From the NCBI RefSeq assembly GCF_021028975.2, contig NC_059425.1, forward strand, positions 25,978,001 to 26,042,000: a stretch of 64,000 nt of DNA. The letters run 5' to 3'. Made by a program: the position numbers and the translations under genes. A model generated the notes under the pieces. That model was not told the DNA's origin. It searched no databases and saw only the letters and a program-made list of their open reading frames with translations. Shown piece after piece: positions 24,750 to 37,609 of the stretch (positions within the stretch are counted from its first letter, which is position 1; each line of letters begins with the position of its first letter). This DNA comes from Sphaerodactylus townsendi. Taxonomy: Eukaryota.

Positions 24750-27700
24750 TGCAGGGGTAGCTCTGTTCCACTGTGGGACTGCCAGCCCATAAGCAACCAC
24801 CAGCAAAAGTTCTTATAGGGACTTGGTGGGGGAGGCATCCGGTGGAGAAACCACTGAGGCAGGAAGAGGAGGAGGGCTGATACTTTGGAAGTTATACTCA
24901 TGTTGTGACAAGTGGGGGCCAGAGAACAGCTGGGCTTAATTTGACCTTTGGGATCTGCACTACATTAGCAGAGTGCCTCTGAGCATGTGCAGAATCACCA
25001 TCATTACCTGGCTTTGGAATGAAGGTCCCTTCAGAGTAAATGGTAGACACAAATCTCTGCACCTCTCTTTTTAAAAAAAGAAGAAATTAAGCCCTTTACA
25101 TTTACCATAACGGACATTTGTGGTTTTGTAAATCTTCCCTTGTAGGACTGCCGTTACAAAGTCCCTCCGTCTCTTAGCCGTGCGCTGGATTCTCAGCTAT
25201 CTGTATCCCTTCTCTCTCTGCCTGGTTGCAACCCCCAGATTCATCCCATGATGAACAAGTCCCATGCCAATGTTCCTTTGTTTTTCTCTAGTTGGCCTTG
25301 AGCTGCGTTTGGCTGACTTGAAGCAGCAGGTTGCTGAAACAGACCCAGCCCTGCCACTCAAAACCATCTTTTCTTGTGTTTCCTGCTTTTTGCAAATTGG
25401 TACCTGCTGGTCTAAATTGGGAGGGAAAGAAGTCCCACACTCCACTTCAACATCTGTGATTAAACAGGCCAGAAATTGTACCAGATTTCACTTGGGAAAC
25501 TATTACTACTACTTTGCACTTACATAGCACTTCCCTGCATGTTATCTTGTTATTTGAATAACAATCCTGAAATTTAGGGTTGCCAGCATCTTTTGGCTGG
25601 GCTGCTAGGCATTGACTCCCCCCTTCCCCCTGGGGTATAGGGTCAACCCAGTTTCTTGTATTGGTGCAATACTTCAAAACCATCTGTGAATAATATTACA
25701 AGAGAAAAAGAAAGAAGCAAAATAATGTGGATAGAAAGTTAGAAAGAAAGACCACAGACCAAAAAAAAATAATAATTCCATCTGCTTTTTAACCAGCAGT
25801 ATTTTTCCCAAGGGGAGGGGCACCATTCCTGGATATACTGCAATACCAAGTTGATGAATGGAGTGGATGGAGCAAGCTACACCACCTCCAAATACTAAAA
25901 ATCCATTTAAATACAACCATAGGAAATGCACATAGAGCAAATACAGACAGTTCCTGGAAGTCAATCTTAGCCCTAAGGCCAAAAAGCAATTAAAAAAATA
26001 AATTGGCTGGGAAAAGTGCCTTCCTAGCATCCATTCCTGAGGAACTTCCAGGGCTCTGAGAGCACTACCACAACCTGAAGTACCCAACACCATAGCCATC
26101 CTAGGTGGGATCACAGGACTTCCCATTACATTCTGGAATATTGCTGCTCTTTCTGCCTTCCAGGTAGTGACCCTCCTGAAAGACCATTTGATGTCATAAT
26201 TGGTAGATTCTCTCTGCTTGCTTTGTTCCTTCCATGATTTTGGCTGCCAAAACTCGGTCAGACATTGGTTGATGATCTGCATAAATCCATCTCCTTTCTC
26301 ATGATGCCTTGCAGTTCGGTTAACCATTTACGGTCACGGCTGATGCTGCACAGATGTTTTTGTTTCTGCATTCAAGTGTCTTGTTTTCATTTCAGACCAG
26401 AAAGAAAAGATTAGACAGAAAGGGCACAAGGCAAAGCATATCATACCAAAAGCAAATGACAAGCGAGATAAAGGCAAATTCAAAACAAAGCAACAAGATC
26501 GGCCAAGATCCAATTACTCGCCCAACAACAAGGGAAGGTGAGAAATCCTATATTGTTAAGGTGAATAACATGAAATAAAGTGCATCCTACATACATCAAT
26601 GGAATAGTTCATTCACAAACTAAAGTGCATTAAGCATACATCAATGGGGATAGTCCGTTCATAAATATATAGAGTTTTACATTAGTGGTAATTCCATGCG
26701 GGTAAGTATAGCCCGAAGACGTGATGGTTCCGCGATTGCTTCAGTATCATACAGGTAAGTAATTTTTCAGGACTACACCACGTAATGAACAACAAATAAG
26801 CAAGACACAAGCAAGAAAGTTTGTAACAACAGCACGTAGCTGCAATGGTAACAAGTAACACGTAGCTGTATCAGCAGCAGGCAAGTAGCACGTAGCTGTA
26901 TCAGCAGCAGAATGCCTGCGCGCGGAGAATGCGTTTTCGAGCTGCAAATCTTCTTCAGTGCTTATACAAATTCATGTTTCCAATTGCTTTCATTCTATAG
27001 TTCTTGGACTATTATACAATTTTGCCCAATATATGCAAACCTGGTTCACAGAGAATCCCTTCTGTTTTCCTTAGTAGCCTTAGCATGCATGAAGTATCAT
27101 ACGTCAATGCACTCATTAATAATTCAGAACTGTTACGCAGCAAATCTATTGTACAACAAATGCACATCATGCCTCCTCCAGATTTGCATTTTGCTCATCT
27201 TTTTGTTTCCTTTTTGTTTTCATTTCCACTGGCCATCCATCACTTTCCACAATCCAAATCTTATTCTTCTCAACTAGTCTTCTGGACTGGAGCAGCCACA
27301 GGCTTCCCAAACAAGTGAATGTTTTTCTTAAGCAGACTGACGAGCTAAAAGTTAAATTGTCAGCCATACTCCCATGTACAACTTTTGGAAAATCAGGGTG
27401 TTGTTGTTTTTCAAACTCACCTGCAAATGTTTGAGCAAAAGTTTTTTCAGAAAAATTCTGCCTAACTGTAGGTTGTGGCCAATGCAGCTGGAACGAAAGT
27501 GGCTGGTAAAAGAATGGTGGTAGTCTGAGGCATCAAACCAACCAAGCGTTTGGTGAGGTCCTTATGATTATCATACTGCTTGGAGAGTCAGAGTTTAGTG
27601 TGAGCTGTTTTCTCCATTCCTGTGGGTGTCCTGGAGGAATCTAGCTGGCATTTGCTGAAAAAAGGAAAGTGGATAGAAGGCTCTTTGGTACAATCCTGCA

Positions 27701-28050
27701 GGGTTCCTCCTGAGACATCTGAAAATTAACAGAAATTCCCTAAACTAAGTGCTGTTGGGGGGGGGGGGCGGCAGAGGAATTATTACAAAGACAGAAGGCT
27801 CCATTTCCCAGTTGAAGTTGTTGTGGGAGTGTGATGATATTTTGCTGAAAAGGGACTTTTGTGTGATCTAATCATAGGAGCAAAAGATTCACCCAGAGTG
27901 AGGGTGTAGATCACTGTTGGTGAATGGGCAAACTAGGATCAATCTAGTTAATGAATAGGGTACTTAAATCCAGCATAAAAGGAGAGGGAAAATAATTTTG
28001 GTATTGAGCTAAATCTCCTCCAAATTGAAGCCTTTCACAGCCAGAATCAA

Positions 28051-28251
28051 CTGGCTGCTGTGGGTTTTTCAGGCTGTGTGGCCATGGTCTGGTAGTTTTT
28101 TGCTCCTAATGTTTTGCCTGCATCTGGCAACTTCAGAGGCATACAGTGACATGCCTCTGAAGATGCCATCCACAGATGCAGGTGAAACATTAGGAGCAAA
28201 CCCACCACCACCACCCCTGGCCACACAGCCTGGAAAACCCATGACAGCCAG
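28051..28251. mobile_element. Penelope-like inverted-repeat element with a hammerhead-like core
   Basis: Two inverted arms around acagtgac; one arm reads CTGAAGA-TGCC...GGT-GAAA; related arms at about 443-525 (+) and 16711-16836 (-). Confidence 0.6.
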
Positions 28252-29492
28252 TCTCCTCCAAATCCCTACTAAGTCCACATTGGACAGTGTCAAATCTGCA
28301 TATAACCACCTTTGTCTTCCAGGTGCCACAAGACTCTCAGCTGCGGCAGACTCACACTGCATTCCTGTGCAGAGCTACTCTAGTGTGAACCCCACTGGTG
28401 TGAATGGACTTAAACCAGAGTATCTCTACATAGATTTCCATAATTGGGCCACTAATTCCCCTTTGCCCCTCTGTTCCAGATACAGCAAAAGTGGCTGGTT
28501 ATCTGTGGAGAGATGTTAGAGGAGTCTGTTTTCCTGACTTTCTTCATCTGGACAATTTGTTTATGAAAAACACACTTCCACTAATTCTCCTATACCTGGA
28601 GAAAGAAGGTACAGGATCATAGAATCATAGAAGAGTTGAAAGAGACCACAAGTCCAACCCCCTGCAATGCAGGAACACACAGTCAAAGCACTCCTGTCAG
28701 ATGGCCCTCCAGCCTCTCTTTAAAAACCTCCAAAGAAGGAGACTCCACCACTCTCCAAGGTAGTACATTCCACTGTCGAACAGCCCTTACTGTCAGGAGA
28801 GCGACCTTGGGAACTCTGTAGCTTTGGAAAATATTTGGGAAGAATCCTGCCTGTCTGCACGTTTTGTTTTTATCTGTAAAAGAAAAAAAAAGTTCAAAAC
28901 AACTTTCACTCTAATTACTTTTTTAAATGAAACCTGAATATTCTGAGAAGGGGTCTGGAACATATTGGAAAAGCCCAACTCCCACAGTCCCTCTCCCAAC
29001 CAGACTCCTTTTATCCAGCTACCCACTTCCCCGCCCTGTCCCCTCTGAGTGCTTTGATGCGAAGGCCTTGGGTGCAGGTGCAGAGCCATGTTTGCGAACA
29101 GCTAATCTACTCTGAGCAGATTGTAGCCTTTCTGTTCCTGCATACAACACACACCCCTTCCACATGCATCCCTGGCACCTCACCAGAGGAGCTATTTATA
29201 CCACAGACAACAGTTCTCTGTTCCCCTGGAATGTCTGGCCCGAAGAAAGAGCAATATAGAAATGCCAGCCTCCTCCCCAATTTCTAACCCTTCATTGTTG
29301 GCCCAGTGACAAGAGACAGCAGTTTTAACAAGGACGGGAGAGCTTCCTTTGCTGCATCTGATTAATGGTCCACCTAGTCCAGCATCTCATTGGGGTAGCC
29401 TTTGGAAGCCTGCCATTGAGACATGAAGGCACCAACTCTGCCCATCTATTTGTCTACAGTGTCTGATACTCAGGGGTAGATGGCCTCTTAGT

Positions 29493-29633
29493 GGCCCCTT
29501 CCGCACATGCAGAATAATGCACTTTTCATCCACTTTCACAATTGTTTGCAAGTGGATTTTGCTATTCCGCACAGCTTCAAAGTGAATTGAAAGTGGATTG
29601 AAAGTGCATTATTCTGCATGTGCGGAAGGGGCC
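29493..29633. mobile_element. Palindromic Harbinger-like MITE
   Basis: ggccccttccgcacatgcagaataatgcact...agtgcattattctgcatgtgcggaaggggcc; further copies at about 35578-35715, 38333-38477 and 59331-59473. Confidence 0.75.
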
Positions 29634-31144
29634 AATGTTAGAGGTTCTATTTGGCTACCTATCGTGACTGGCTGTTGTGGAGTCTATACAAATGTGTGTA
29701 ATCCTTTTTAAAAGGTATGGGACCGGTGAATATCAACTTCATAATGGGGCATCTTGTATGCTTACTGTGCCCCATCATGGAGAGAAGCAATTTAGGTGCG
29801 GGTATCCACATTCTGGTTTTACTAAGATGACTGTGATGCATTTCTGTATATTGCTGCTCTGGACCATCTCTTGGATGCAGCAAAATTCTATAGCTAGACT
29901 GTTGACTGACATGTGTCACAGTGCTTTTTGTGGAATGGATGGAAATAATGCCGCCAGGTAAATAACATCCCATTTAAGGCTCAGTTAAAGGAGCAGGAGA
30001 AAGTTTCCCCCAGGCAGTTGGCACTCCTAAGTGCCACCCATATTGTGGCATGATCTTCCCAAAGATGTTAAGATCCCGCATTGTTTACATTAACACACCA
30101 CTGTAAGGCATGATTATTTAGAAGAACCTTCAAAATTAGTAGCTGTTTTGATTGGAGACATTGTACAATCTTGTTACCGCCAGGAAAATAGGAAAATATT
30201 TTCCTGAGCCTATCGCTGAACTACACTGGCTAAGGATCAGAGCAAAGAGACCAGTGTTGTCCAAAAGTCTCCATAAGGCCTGGACTGATTGTTGGAAGAT
30301 GTCACTCTGTTTTGCTATTGGACTGTTTGAAGTTTTACTCTCAGAATCCAGAAGCTCATTGGACTGTTCACTTTCTTACTTTCAGGATCCAAGAATTCAT
30401 TGGATCATTTAAAGTTGTCTTTGTCTAACACTCCCAATGAACCACCTCAGGCAGGAAGGCACAACCTTTTCTTCTGAGATTTGATCTCATCAGCATTTAC
30501 AAAAGGACTGTTTTCTCCCCTTGGTTTTTTTAAGGACATTTTCTCTGTATTAGGTGGAAGGAGACCACCTCCTTCCTGGTTTTTGCACTGTGGGGGTGGG
30601 ACTGCCCTACACCCCCCCTTTCTGGGTTACTGGGGGAAAGGTATAAAAGGTGGATGCTCTGTTGAAGCAAGAGAGTCTTTTGCAGAGCTGTTTGGAGAAA
30701 TCACTGGCCAATAAAGAAATCTCCCTGTTTTGGAAGAATCTCCGGTCCCCTGCGCCTTTCCTCTTTGCTTTGCTGCCACGAGCTGAAATCACTTGAAATC
30801 ACTCCTAGAAATCACTTTATGTTACTGAGGCAGTGGTAACAATCTCTGAATATGCATTTAGGGTTGGGCTTACTGGTCTCAATTCAGTTGAAATTGTGTT
30901 TTTAAAAAACAGTTTCTAAATAACGCGTCTGCTAGGGTTTCCAACTACGGGTTGAGAAATTCCTGGAGATTTGGGGGTGGGGCCTGGAAAAGGTGATGTT
31001 TGGGGCAGGAAGGGAGCTCAGCAGGATATAATGCCAGAGAATCCACCCTCTGAAGCAGCCATGTTTCCAGGGAAACTGACCTCTGTCTTCTGGAGATCAG
31101 ATGGAATTCTGGGAGAACTCTACTTGCAGGTTGGCCACCACCCT

Positions 31145-32937
31145 CAAGGACGTAGGTAAGGGGTGGGGTTCTCGGGTTCAACCCCCCCATTGCATGTCCG
31201 AAGCTCCACTCCCGTTTGTGGTTTTTTTGTATTTTTAGTGTTTTTTCGGTTTCTGGCCTGCAGGGGGCACAGTTTAAGCTAGCAGCACCAAAATTTCAGG
31301 GATTTTTTAAAAGACTCTCCTGATTATTCTGCTCAGGTTTGGTGAAGTTTGGTTCAGGGGGTCCAAAGTTATGGACTCTCAAAGGGGGTGCCCCATCCCT
31401 CATTGTTTCCAATGGGAGCTGATAGGAGATGGGAGATAAACCTTTGAGAATCCATAACCCCCTGAACCAAACTTCACCATACCTGGTTGGTATCATCAGG
31501 AGAGTTTCTTACTGATACCACCAAGGTTTTGTGAAGTTTGGTCCAAGGGGTCCAAAGCTATGGACTCTCAAAGGGGGTGCCCCCATCCCTCATTGTTTCC
31601 AATGGGAGCCAGGTTGCTGGCGGGAACATCTATTAGGGACCGGATTACTCCGGTCCTGTACCAACTACACTGGTTGCCGATCGAGTACCGGGTCATGTTT
31701 AAAGTTCTGGTTTTGACCTTTAAAGTTATTCGCGGCCTTGGACCAGCATACCTACGGGACCATCTCTCCCTATATCAGCCTCTTCTGCTAAGGGGGCTCC
31801 TCCGGCCTTCCTCGGAGGCTTAGGACTCTCCCTGGGTGATCCCTTGGCCCCAAAGTAAGATCCGGCTGGCCTCTGAGCAAGGGCCAGGGCTTTTACGGCT
31901 CCTTGGTCTCCCTACCTGGTGGAACAGGGCTCCCAAGTGAGATCAGGGGCATTCCTCAAGGGACATGCAGTGAGTTTCCGCGAGAGGCCTGTAAACGGAC
32001 CTTGTTCCGGCCAGGCATTTGGCCAGGCCGGGATACAACATCTCACCAGGTCTGTGGAAAAATCTGGCCTCCTGTAGTGAAGGGGGAAGGGGAAATAATT
32101 TTAATCACCATCGGAACTTTGAATTTTATAATTTGTATATGGTTTTAACTGGGATTGGGGTGAAATGGATTTTAACTGTTATTTGAATGATGGACACCGC
32201 CCTGAGCCCTTCGGGGAAGGGCGGTATAGAAATTTAATTAAATAAATAAATAAATAAATAAAATAATAGAAGATGGGAGCTACACCTTTGAGGGTCCATA
32301 ACTTTGAACCCCTTGAACCAAACTTCACCAAACCTGGGTGGTATCATTAGGAGAGTCTCCTAAAGATACTCTGAAAGTTTGGTGCTGCTAGCTTAAACAA
32401 TTGCACCCCTGACAGCAGGCACACCCCAAATTTCCTCAGATTCTCCTTTTAAATCCACCCTCTTTGCCTTGGATTTAAAGGGAGAATCTGAGGTCCCCAG
32501 TTTAAACATTGAAAGTGATGCTGTTTCAGGGTGGGGGATAATCCACCCCAAAACGGCATCACTTTCAATGTTGTTTGAACTGGGGACTCCAGATTCTCCC
32601 TTTAAGGTGGATTTAAAAAGAGAATTTGGACTCTCTAGTTTAAACACCATTGAAAGTGATGCTGTTTGGATTCCAGCATCACAGTGGCTGCCCGTGGAGG
32701 GGTGTGTGTGTGTGTACAAAACTCAGATTTTGCACCGGGCTCCATTTTCCCTAGCTATGCCTCTGCCCAGAGGGGAGGGCAGAAGGGCTGCCGGCTGGGA
32801 GCCCAGTTGGTGGGGGGGCAGGGGAGGGCGGGGCAGGGGAGTCTGCCATCCCCAGCCTCAGGAGAGCTGCTTTTATAAGCACTGAGGCCAGGGGCGGGGC
32901 TTGGGGAGGCATGGCCACGCCCCCCAAGGCGTCCCTG
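31145..32937. mobile_element. Long non-autonomous DNA element with internal subrepeats, containing a nested L2 fragment (about 31608-32265)
   Basis: Termini caaggacgt / gcgtccctg with imperfect 8-bp TSD accaccct/ggcaccct; the L2 part encodes LHWLPIEYRVMFKVLVLTFK and ends in (TAAA)n. Confidence 0.65.
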
Positions 32938-33084
32938 GGCCACCCTATTTGAACCCTTTAGGAGAAAGAAAGACAGGTTAAAATGCCGTAAACAAACAGG
33001 CAGGCAAATGGGAGGCCTGCTGCAGAACTTGCATTTGAGATCTCAGCTGAGAGGAGGTACAAAGGTTGATGGACAGAGGGAGAC

Positions 33085-34665
33085 CAGGGGCGTAAAGAGG
33101 CAGCCCTGGGCAAACTGTAGCCCTGGGCAAAACCTGAGTTGGATGCCCCCCCTTGGGCGGCCACTCCACCACGACCAAATTTTTTTGCACCAGGACATTG
33201 GGGCCTGCAGGGGGTGCATTTTTAGACATATCAGCACAATAATTTCAGCATATCATCAGGAGACTGTCCTTATGCTACTCCCCAAGTCTGGTGAGGTTTG
33301 GTTCAAGGAGTCCAAAGTTATGGACTCCCAAAGGGGGTGCCCCATCCCCCATTGTTTCCAATGAGAAGCTAATAGGAGATGGGGGGCAACAGGTTTGGAG
33401 GGGGGTCCATAACTTTGCCCCCCCCCCCCCTGAACCAAAATGCCCCCAAACCTGGGGGGTATCACTCAGGGCAGTCTCCTGGATGAGACCCTGGAAAGTT
33501 TTGAGATCTGGAGATCATGCCTTCAGAAATGTCCCTAGCTCGTAACTCCTCATGGGATAGGCAATGGTAGGGTCTTCACGTAGAATAAATTTTGGCACTT
33601 CTCTGGGATGTTCCTGCAGGGGGCGTAGTTGTGGGATGGTCGACACCAGTCAGACAGATCATCTGAAACTGTCTTTTAGTACTCTTGGTGCAGCTTTGTT
33701 TAGGGGGTTCAAAGTTATGGACCCCTCAGCAAGTACCCCATCCCACATTCTTGCTAAGGGAGATGGGTGTTACCCTTTGAGGGTCCATAACTTGGGACCC
33801 CTGAACCAAACTGCACCAAACCTTGGGGTGCCATCATGACAGTCTCCAGATGATACTGAAATTCTTGGTATAGGGGTCCGCAGAACAAATTTGGCAAACC
33901 CCTGACAGTTCCTGCAGGGCAGCCAGATTTTAACGACACCAAATGTCAGGGCATCATCCGATCCAGGCAATAGGGTCCAAAGGACCATGGGGTACTCCAT
34001 CCCACATTCTTAAGGAGATGGGCAGGGCACTTGAGGGTCTATACCTTTGACCTCTGAACTAAACTGCACTAAACTCTTAAAAGCATCATGACAGTTCCTC
34101 CAGATGATACTCTGAAATTTTGGTGATGATATCATCCAAGAATGCCCTTCCTGCAATAACAACATCCCAAAAAATTCTTGCCCAAGAATCTTTGTTCTGC
34201 ATTGAATTTTCGGCAGTGCTGTAATGGGGGGTTGCAGGTTGGGGGGCACATTTTTGAAGGCACAGTCTCAAAGCTTTCAGGGTCTCATCAGGAGACTGCC
34301 CTAATGATTCCCCCAAGTTTGATGCAGTTTGGTTCAGGGGGGGCAAAGTTATGGACCCTCAAAACTGTAGCCCCCATCTCCTATTAGCTCCTTTGGAAAC
34401 AATGGGGGATAGGGGTACCCCTTTTGGGAGTCCATAACTTTGGACTCCCTGAACCAAACCTCACCAAACTTGGGGGGTAGCATAAGAACAGTCTCCCGAT
34501 GATACGCTGAAATTTTGGTGCTGCTAGCCTAAAAAGTGCGCCCCCTGCAGGCCAGAAATGGAAAACCACTAAAAATACCCAAAAACGAATCCAGCATTTT
34601 GATGCCCCCCACAAGGTGATGCCCTGGGCAGCTGCCCACCTTGCCCAATGGGCATTACGCCAGTG
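33085..34665. mobile_element. Non-autonomous hAT-like element with tandem internal subrepeats
   Basis: Termini caggggcgta / tacgccagtg; perfect TSD agggagac. Confidence 0.75.
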
Positions 34666-36839
34666 AGGGAGACCTTCAGAAAGGTTGGGGCGGGGGAATC
34701 CTTTGGAATACATTCAACATGAAACCATAAATGCATTTTATGAACATTTGTCATGTTTGACAAAAAATGTGTGCATGACAGGTAGATTCATATAAATAAC
34801 CCTCTGGTCTGCCACATGGTGAAGAATGGAGATATGCCCCACCTGCTCTCTCAGGTGGGGAGCAGACTGACCAGGTTTCCCCCGCCCCCCAACCACGTGA
34901 AGGACTGTAAGGTTGCCAGCTTCAGGTTGGGAAACTCCTTGAGATTTGGGGGTGAAGCCTGAGGAGGGTGGGATTTGGAGAGGGGAGAGCTCTTAGTGGG
35001 TTGCCCTGCCACAGAGTCCACCCTGCAGAACAGCCATTTTCTCCAGGGAAACTTGAAGGTCAGCAGGTATATTTATATATATATAATCCTGTAAGCAAAG
35101 TAGCAAGCAGAATGTCGCCTGTGTGCCACTTTAAATAAGAACAGCTATCTTGGAAAGACCACCCTTTTTACCTCAGAAATCATAAACAGAAGAGCTTTAC
35201 TTATACTGAGAGAGAAAGAGACATCGATACATTCACAGTTCATCGTTTTGTTACAGTTTGGTTACCGTAACAAGTATCGTTTACAAAATCAAACTTTCAG
35301 TCACAGGCTTTTTACATAGTTTTGTTAACAGAACATTTAACATCATCTTTCCTCAGCAGAGACAGAGAGCTAATGGTTTCCAGCTGTCACTTTTAGAATG
35401 TCCGCTGAGATATCCCAGAACTCCATGCCTGCTGCTGCATGCAAGGCTGTTAAATCCAACAATGCTGACCTTTGTAATCAAGAGATGATCTGTAATTCCG
35501 GGAGATCCCCAGGTGCCTCCTGGAGGCTGGCAACCTTATCTGATCCAACTTTCCCCAAGAATCGCTGTGTTAAATAGACCCCTTCCTCACATGCAGAATA
35601 ATGCACTTTCAATGCACTTTGCAGCTGGATTTTACTGTGTAGAACAGCAGAATCCATTTGCAAACAATTGTGAAAGAGGATTGAAAGTGCATTGTTCTGC
35701 ATGTGCAAAAGGGACCTTAGTCTGTTGCTGCAAAGAGCCTTTAAAGCCATGTAAGGAGCCATTTTTTCCCAGCACTAGCTTTTAATCTTTTACACAGTAA
35801 TTTTCTCTACTTTGAGGGAGAAAAAAATCTCAAGATTTTACCTCATTTAAATGTTTATGCTGTAGTGATAAGTCCTTGCTACTAATAATACTCTTTGATT
35901 TTAATACACTTTGATTTTTCCCCTATTTATCTTTTATTTAATAGTGTTTTATAGTACCTTGTGGAGCTTTAGATGTTTTTTCTTTTCAGTATTGAGCCCA
36001 GTGCCTGTTGAACAGAGCAAAGCAAAACCTCCTTACAGTGGTATGTGTCTTATTTACCAAATCTCACATTTTAATTTATATTCCCTCTAGCTTTTCTTCC
36101 AGGGAACTCAAGAATGGTGTACATGAGTGGGGGTCCCAAATGGCTTTTGCAGTGACCAGACCCAGACTTGTTTCATTTCAGCAAGGCAGTTGTGTCAAGC
36201 GTCTTCAGACCATTCCCACAAGACACTGAGATGTGCACGTGTGTACAAGTTCTCAAATCCATCCAGACCCAAATTATCCAAGATTCTGGTTTGAAGCTTT
36301 AAACCGCTAATCAGCACAGGGCCAGCTTACCTGAAGGACCACCTACTTCCATAGAAACCTACCTGACCACTCTGGTCACCTTCAGAGGCTCCAGACATCT
36401 GATGCTAGGTGAGCAGCAATTTGAGAAAGGGCCTTCCTGTTTGTGAAATCAAGACTTTGGAACTCCCTTCTCAGGGTATTGAGATCTCTCTCTTACTCTC
36501 TCTCTTGTGGTCCTCTGCCAGCGAGTGAAGACTTTTTTGTCTTGTTTGGCATTCCCGTCACTGACTTTTTAAAACCCTCTTATCTTTCCTATTTAAGTGT
36601 TATGTGTGTCTGTCCATCTCTGAACTGTATGCTTCACTCCCCATAGGTTGTGGTAACTCAACGCTGCTAATTTTTTGAACACATTCTGCTCATTCTCAGA
36701 GGCTCTCACTCATCTTTATGCAGCTTGTTCCAAAATGAAATATACCTTCGTGTGATGCAGACTCTTGGTTCAAGTCTGAATTATACCTCTGAGTTAAGCT
36801 AGTGGACGTATTGATGGTCATGAGAATGGAGATTAGGTA

Positions 36840-36974
36840 CACAGGTGTCAAACTCGCGGCCCTCCAGATGTTATGGACTACAGCTCCCATCATCCCCTGC
36901 CAGCATGATGCTGGCAGGGGATGATGGGAACTGTAGTCCATAACATCTGGAGGGCCGCGAGTTTGACACCTGTG
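36840..36974. mobile_element. Palindromic hAT MITE (cacaggtgtcaaactc variant)
   Basis: Foldback centred on gcatgatgc; relatives at about 2638-2768 and 39937-40070. Confidence 0.85.
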
Positions 36975-37304
36975 GATTAGGAGATTAGACAGATTCATGA
37001 AGAGCACATCCATCCCTAGCCACCAGCCATGGTGACTGAAGGGAGCCCTCACAGTGAACCTGTAAATGCCACTACGCCAGTGCCAGGAGGAAGGCCTTGG
37101 ACTCTACGCTCTGCTTGTTGGCCCCTGGCACAGCACGGTGGTTTGATCCAGCAGGACTCCTTGCATTTACTTCGCTTTTGTGATTTTTAAAAGGCGTGGA
37201 CCTGATTGTGGGGGAGTGTCTGGCCATACCCCAAAGGGCAGAAAGCTGGCATCAGATACTCCGAGTTCCCGTTGGGGAAGACACAAGCCTGCCTGTAAAG
37301 AATG

Positions 37305-37342
37305 CCAAGGTCACCGCAGTGCTGGAGGAGAGGCAGATAAAA
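37305..37342 (+). promoter_or_regulatory. Putative gonadal somatic-cell promoter: NR5A1/SF-1 site (CCAAGGTCA 37305-37313) and GATA site / TATA-like element (AGATAAAA 37335-37342)
   Basis: Exact consensus motifs about 140-180 nt upstream of the GSDF-like ATG, outside any recognisable SINE. Confidence 0.55.
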
Positions 37343-37481
37343 GTGTGTTCCCACAGTCCACCCGCTCACTTCTCTGTCCAGTTCTGCCCACCCCTGCCCC
37401 CCCAGCTTAACCCACCATCCTGCACACCAAGCCGCAAAACCCACACACCTCTGCTTTGGCCCAGATACAACCTGCCTGGCC

Positions 37482-37609
37482 ATGTGGCACCTGCTGCTTC
37501 TGAGTGGATTGCTGGCATGGGTGCTACCCTGGGGTGCCTGTGCCCCCTGGGAGACCAACCTTGATGGTGATCAGACACTGGAATCCGCTGTGGTTACCCT
37601 TAATGACAG
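37482..37609 (+). CDS. GSDF-like exon 1 (signal peptide)
   Basis: ggccATG context; MWHLLLLSGLLAWVLPWGACA; AG|gtaagc donor in phase 2, matching exon 2. Confidence 0.83.

Noticed and set aside
25674-26327. 217-aa ORF on the - strand
   Set aside because: No recognisable domain, biased composition and no splice context; not called as a CDS.
31145-34665. CRISPR-like or satellite array
   Set aside because: Eukaryotic DNA; the repeats are internal subrepeats of TSD-flanked non-autonomous transposons.
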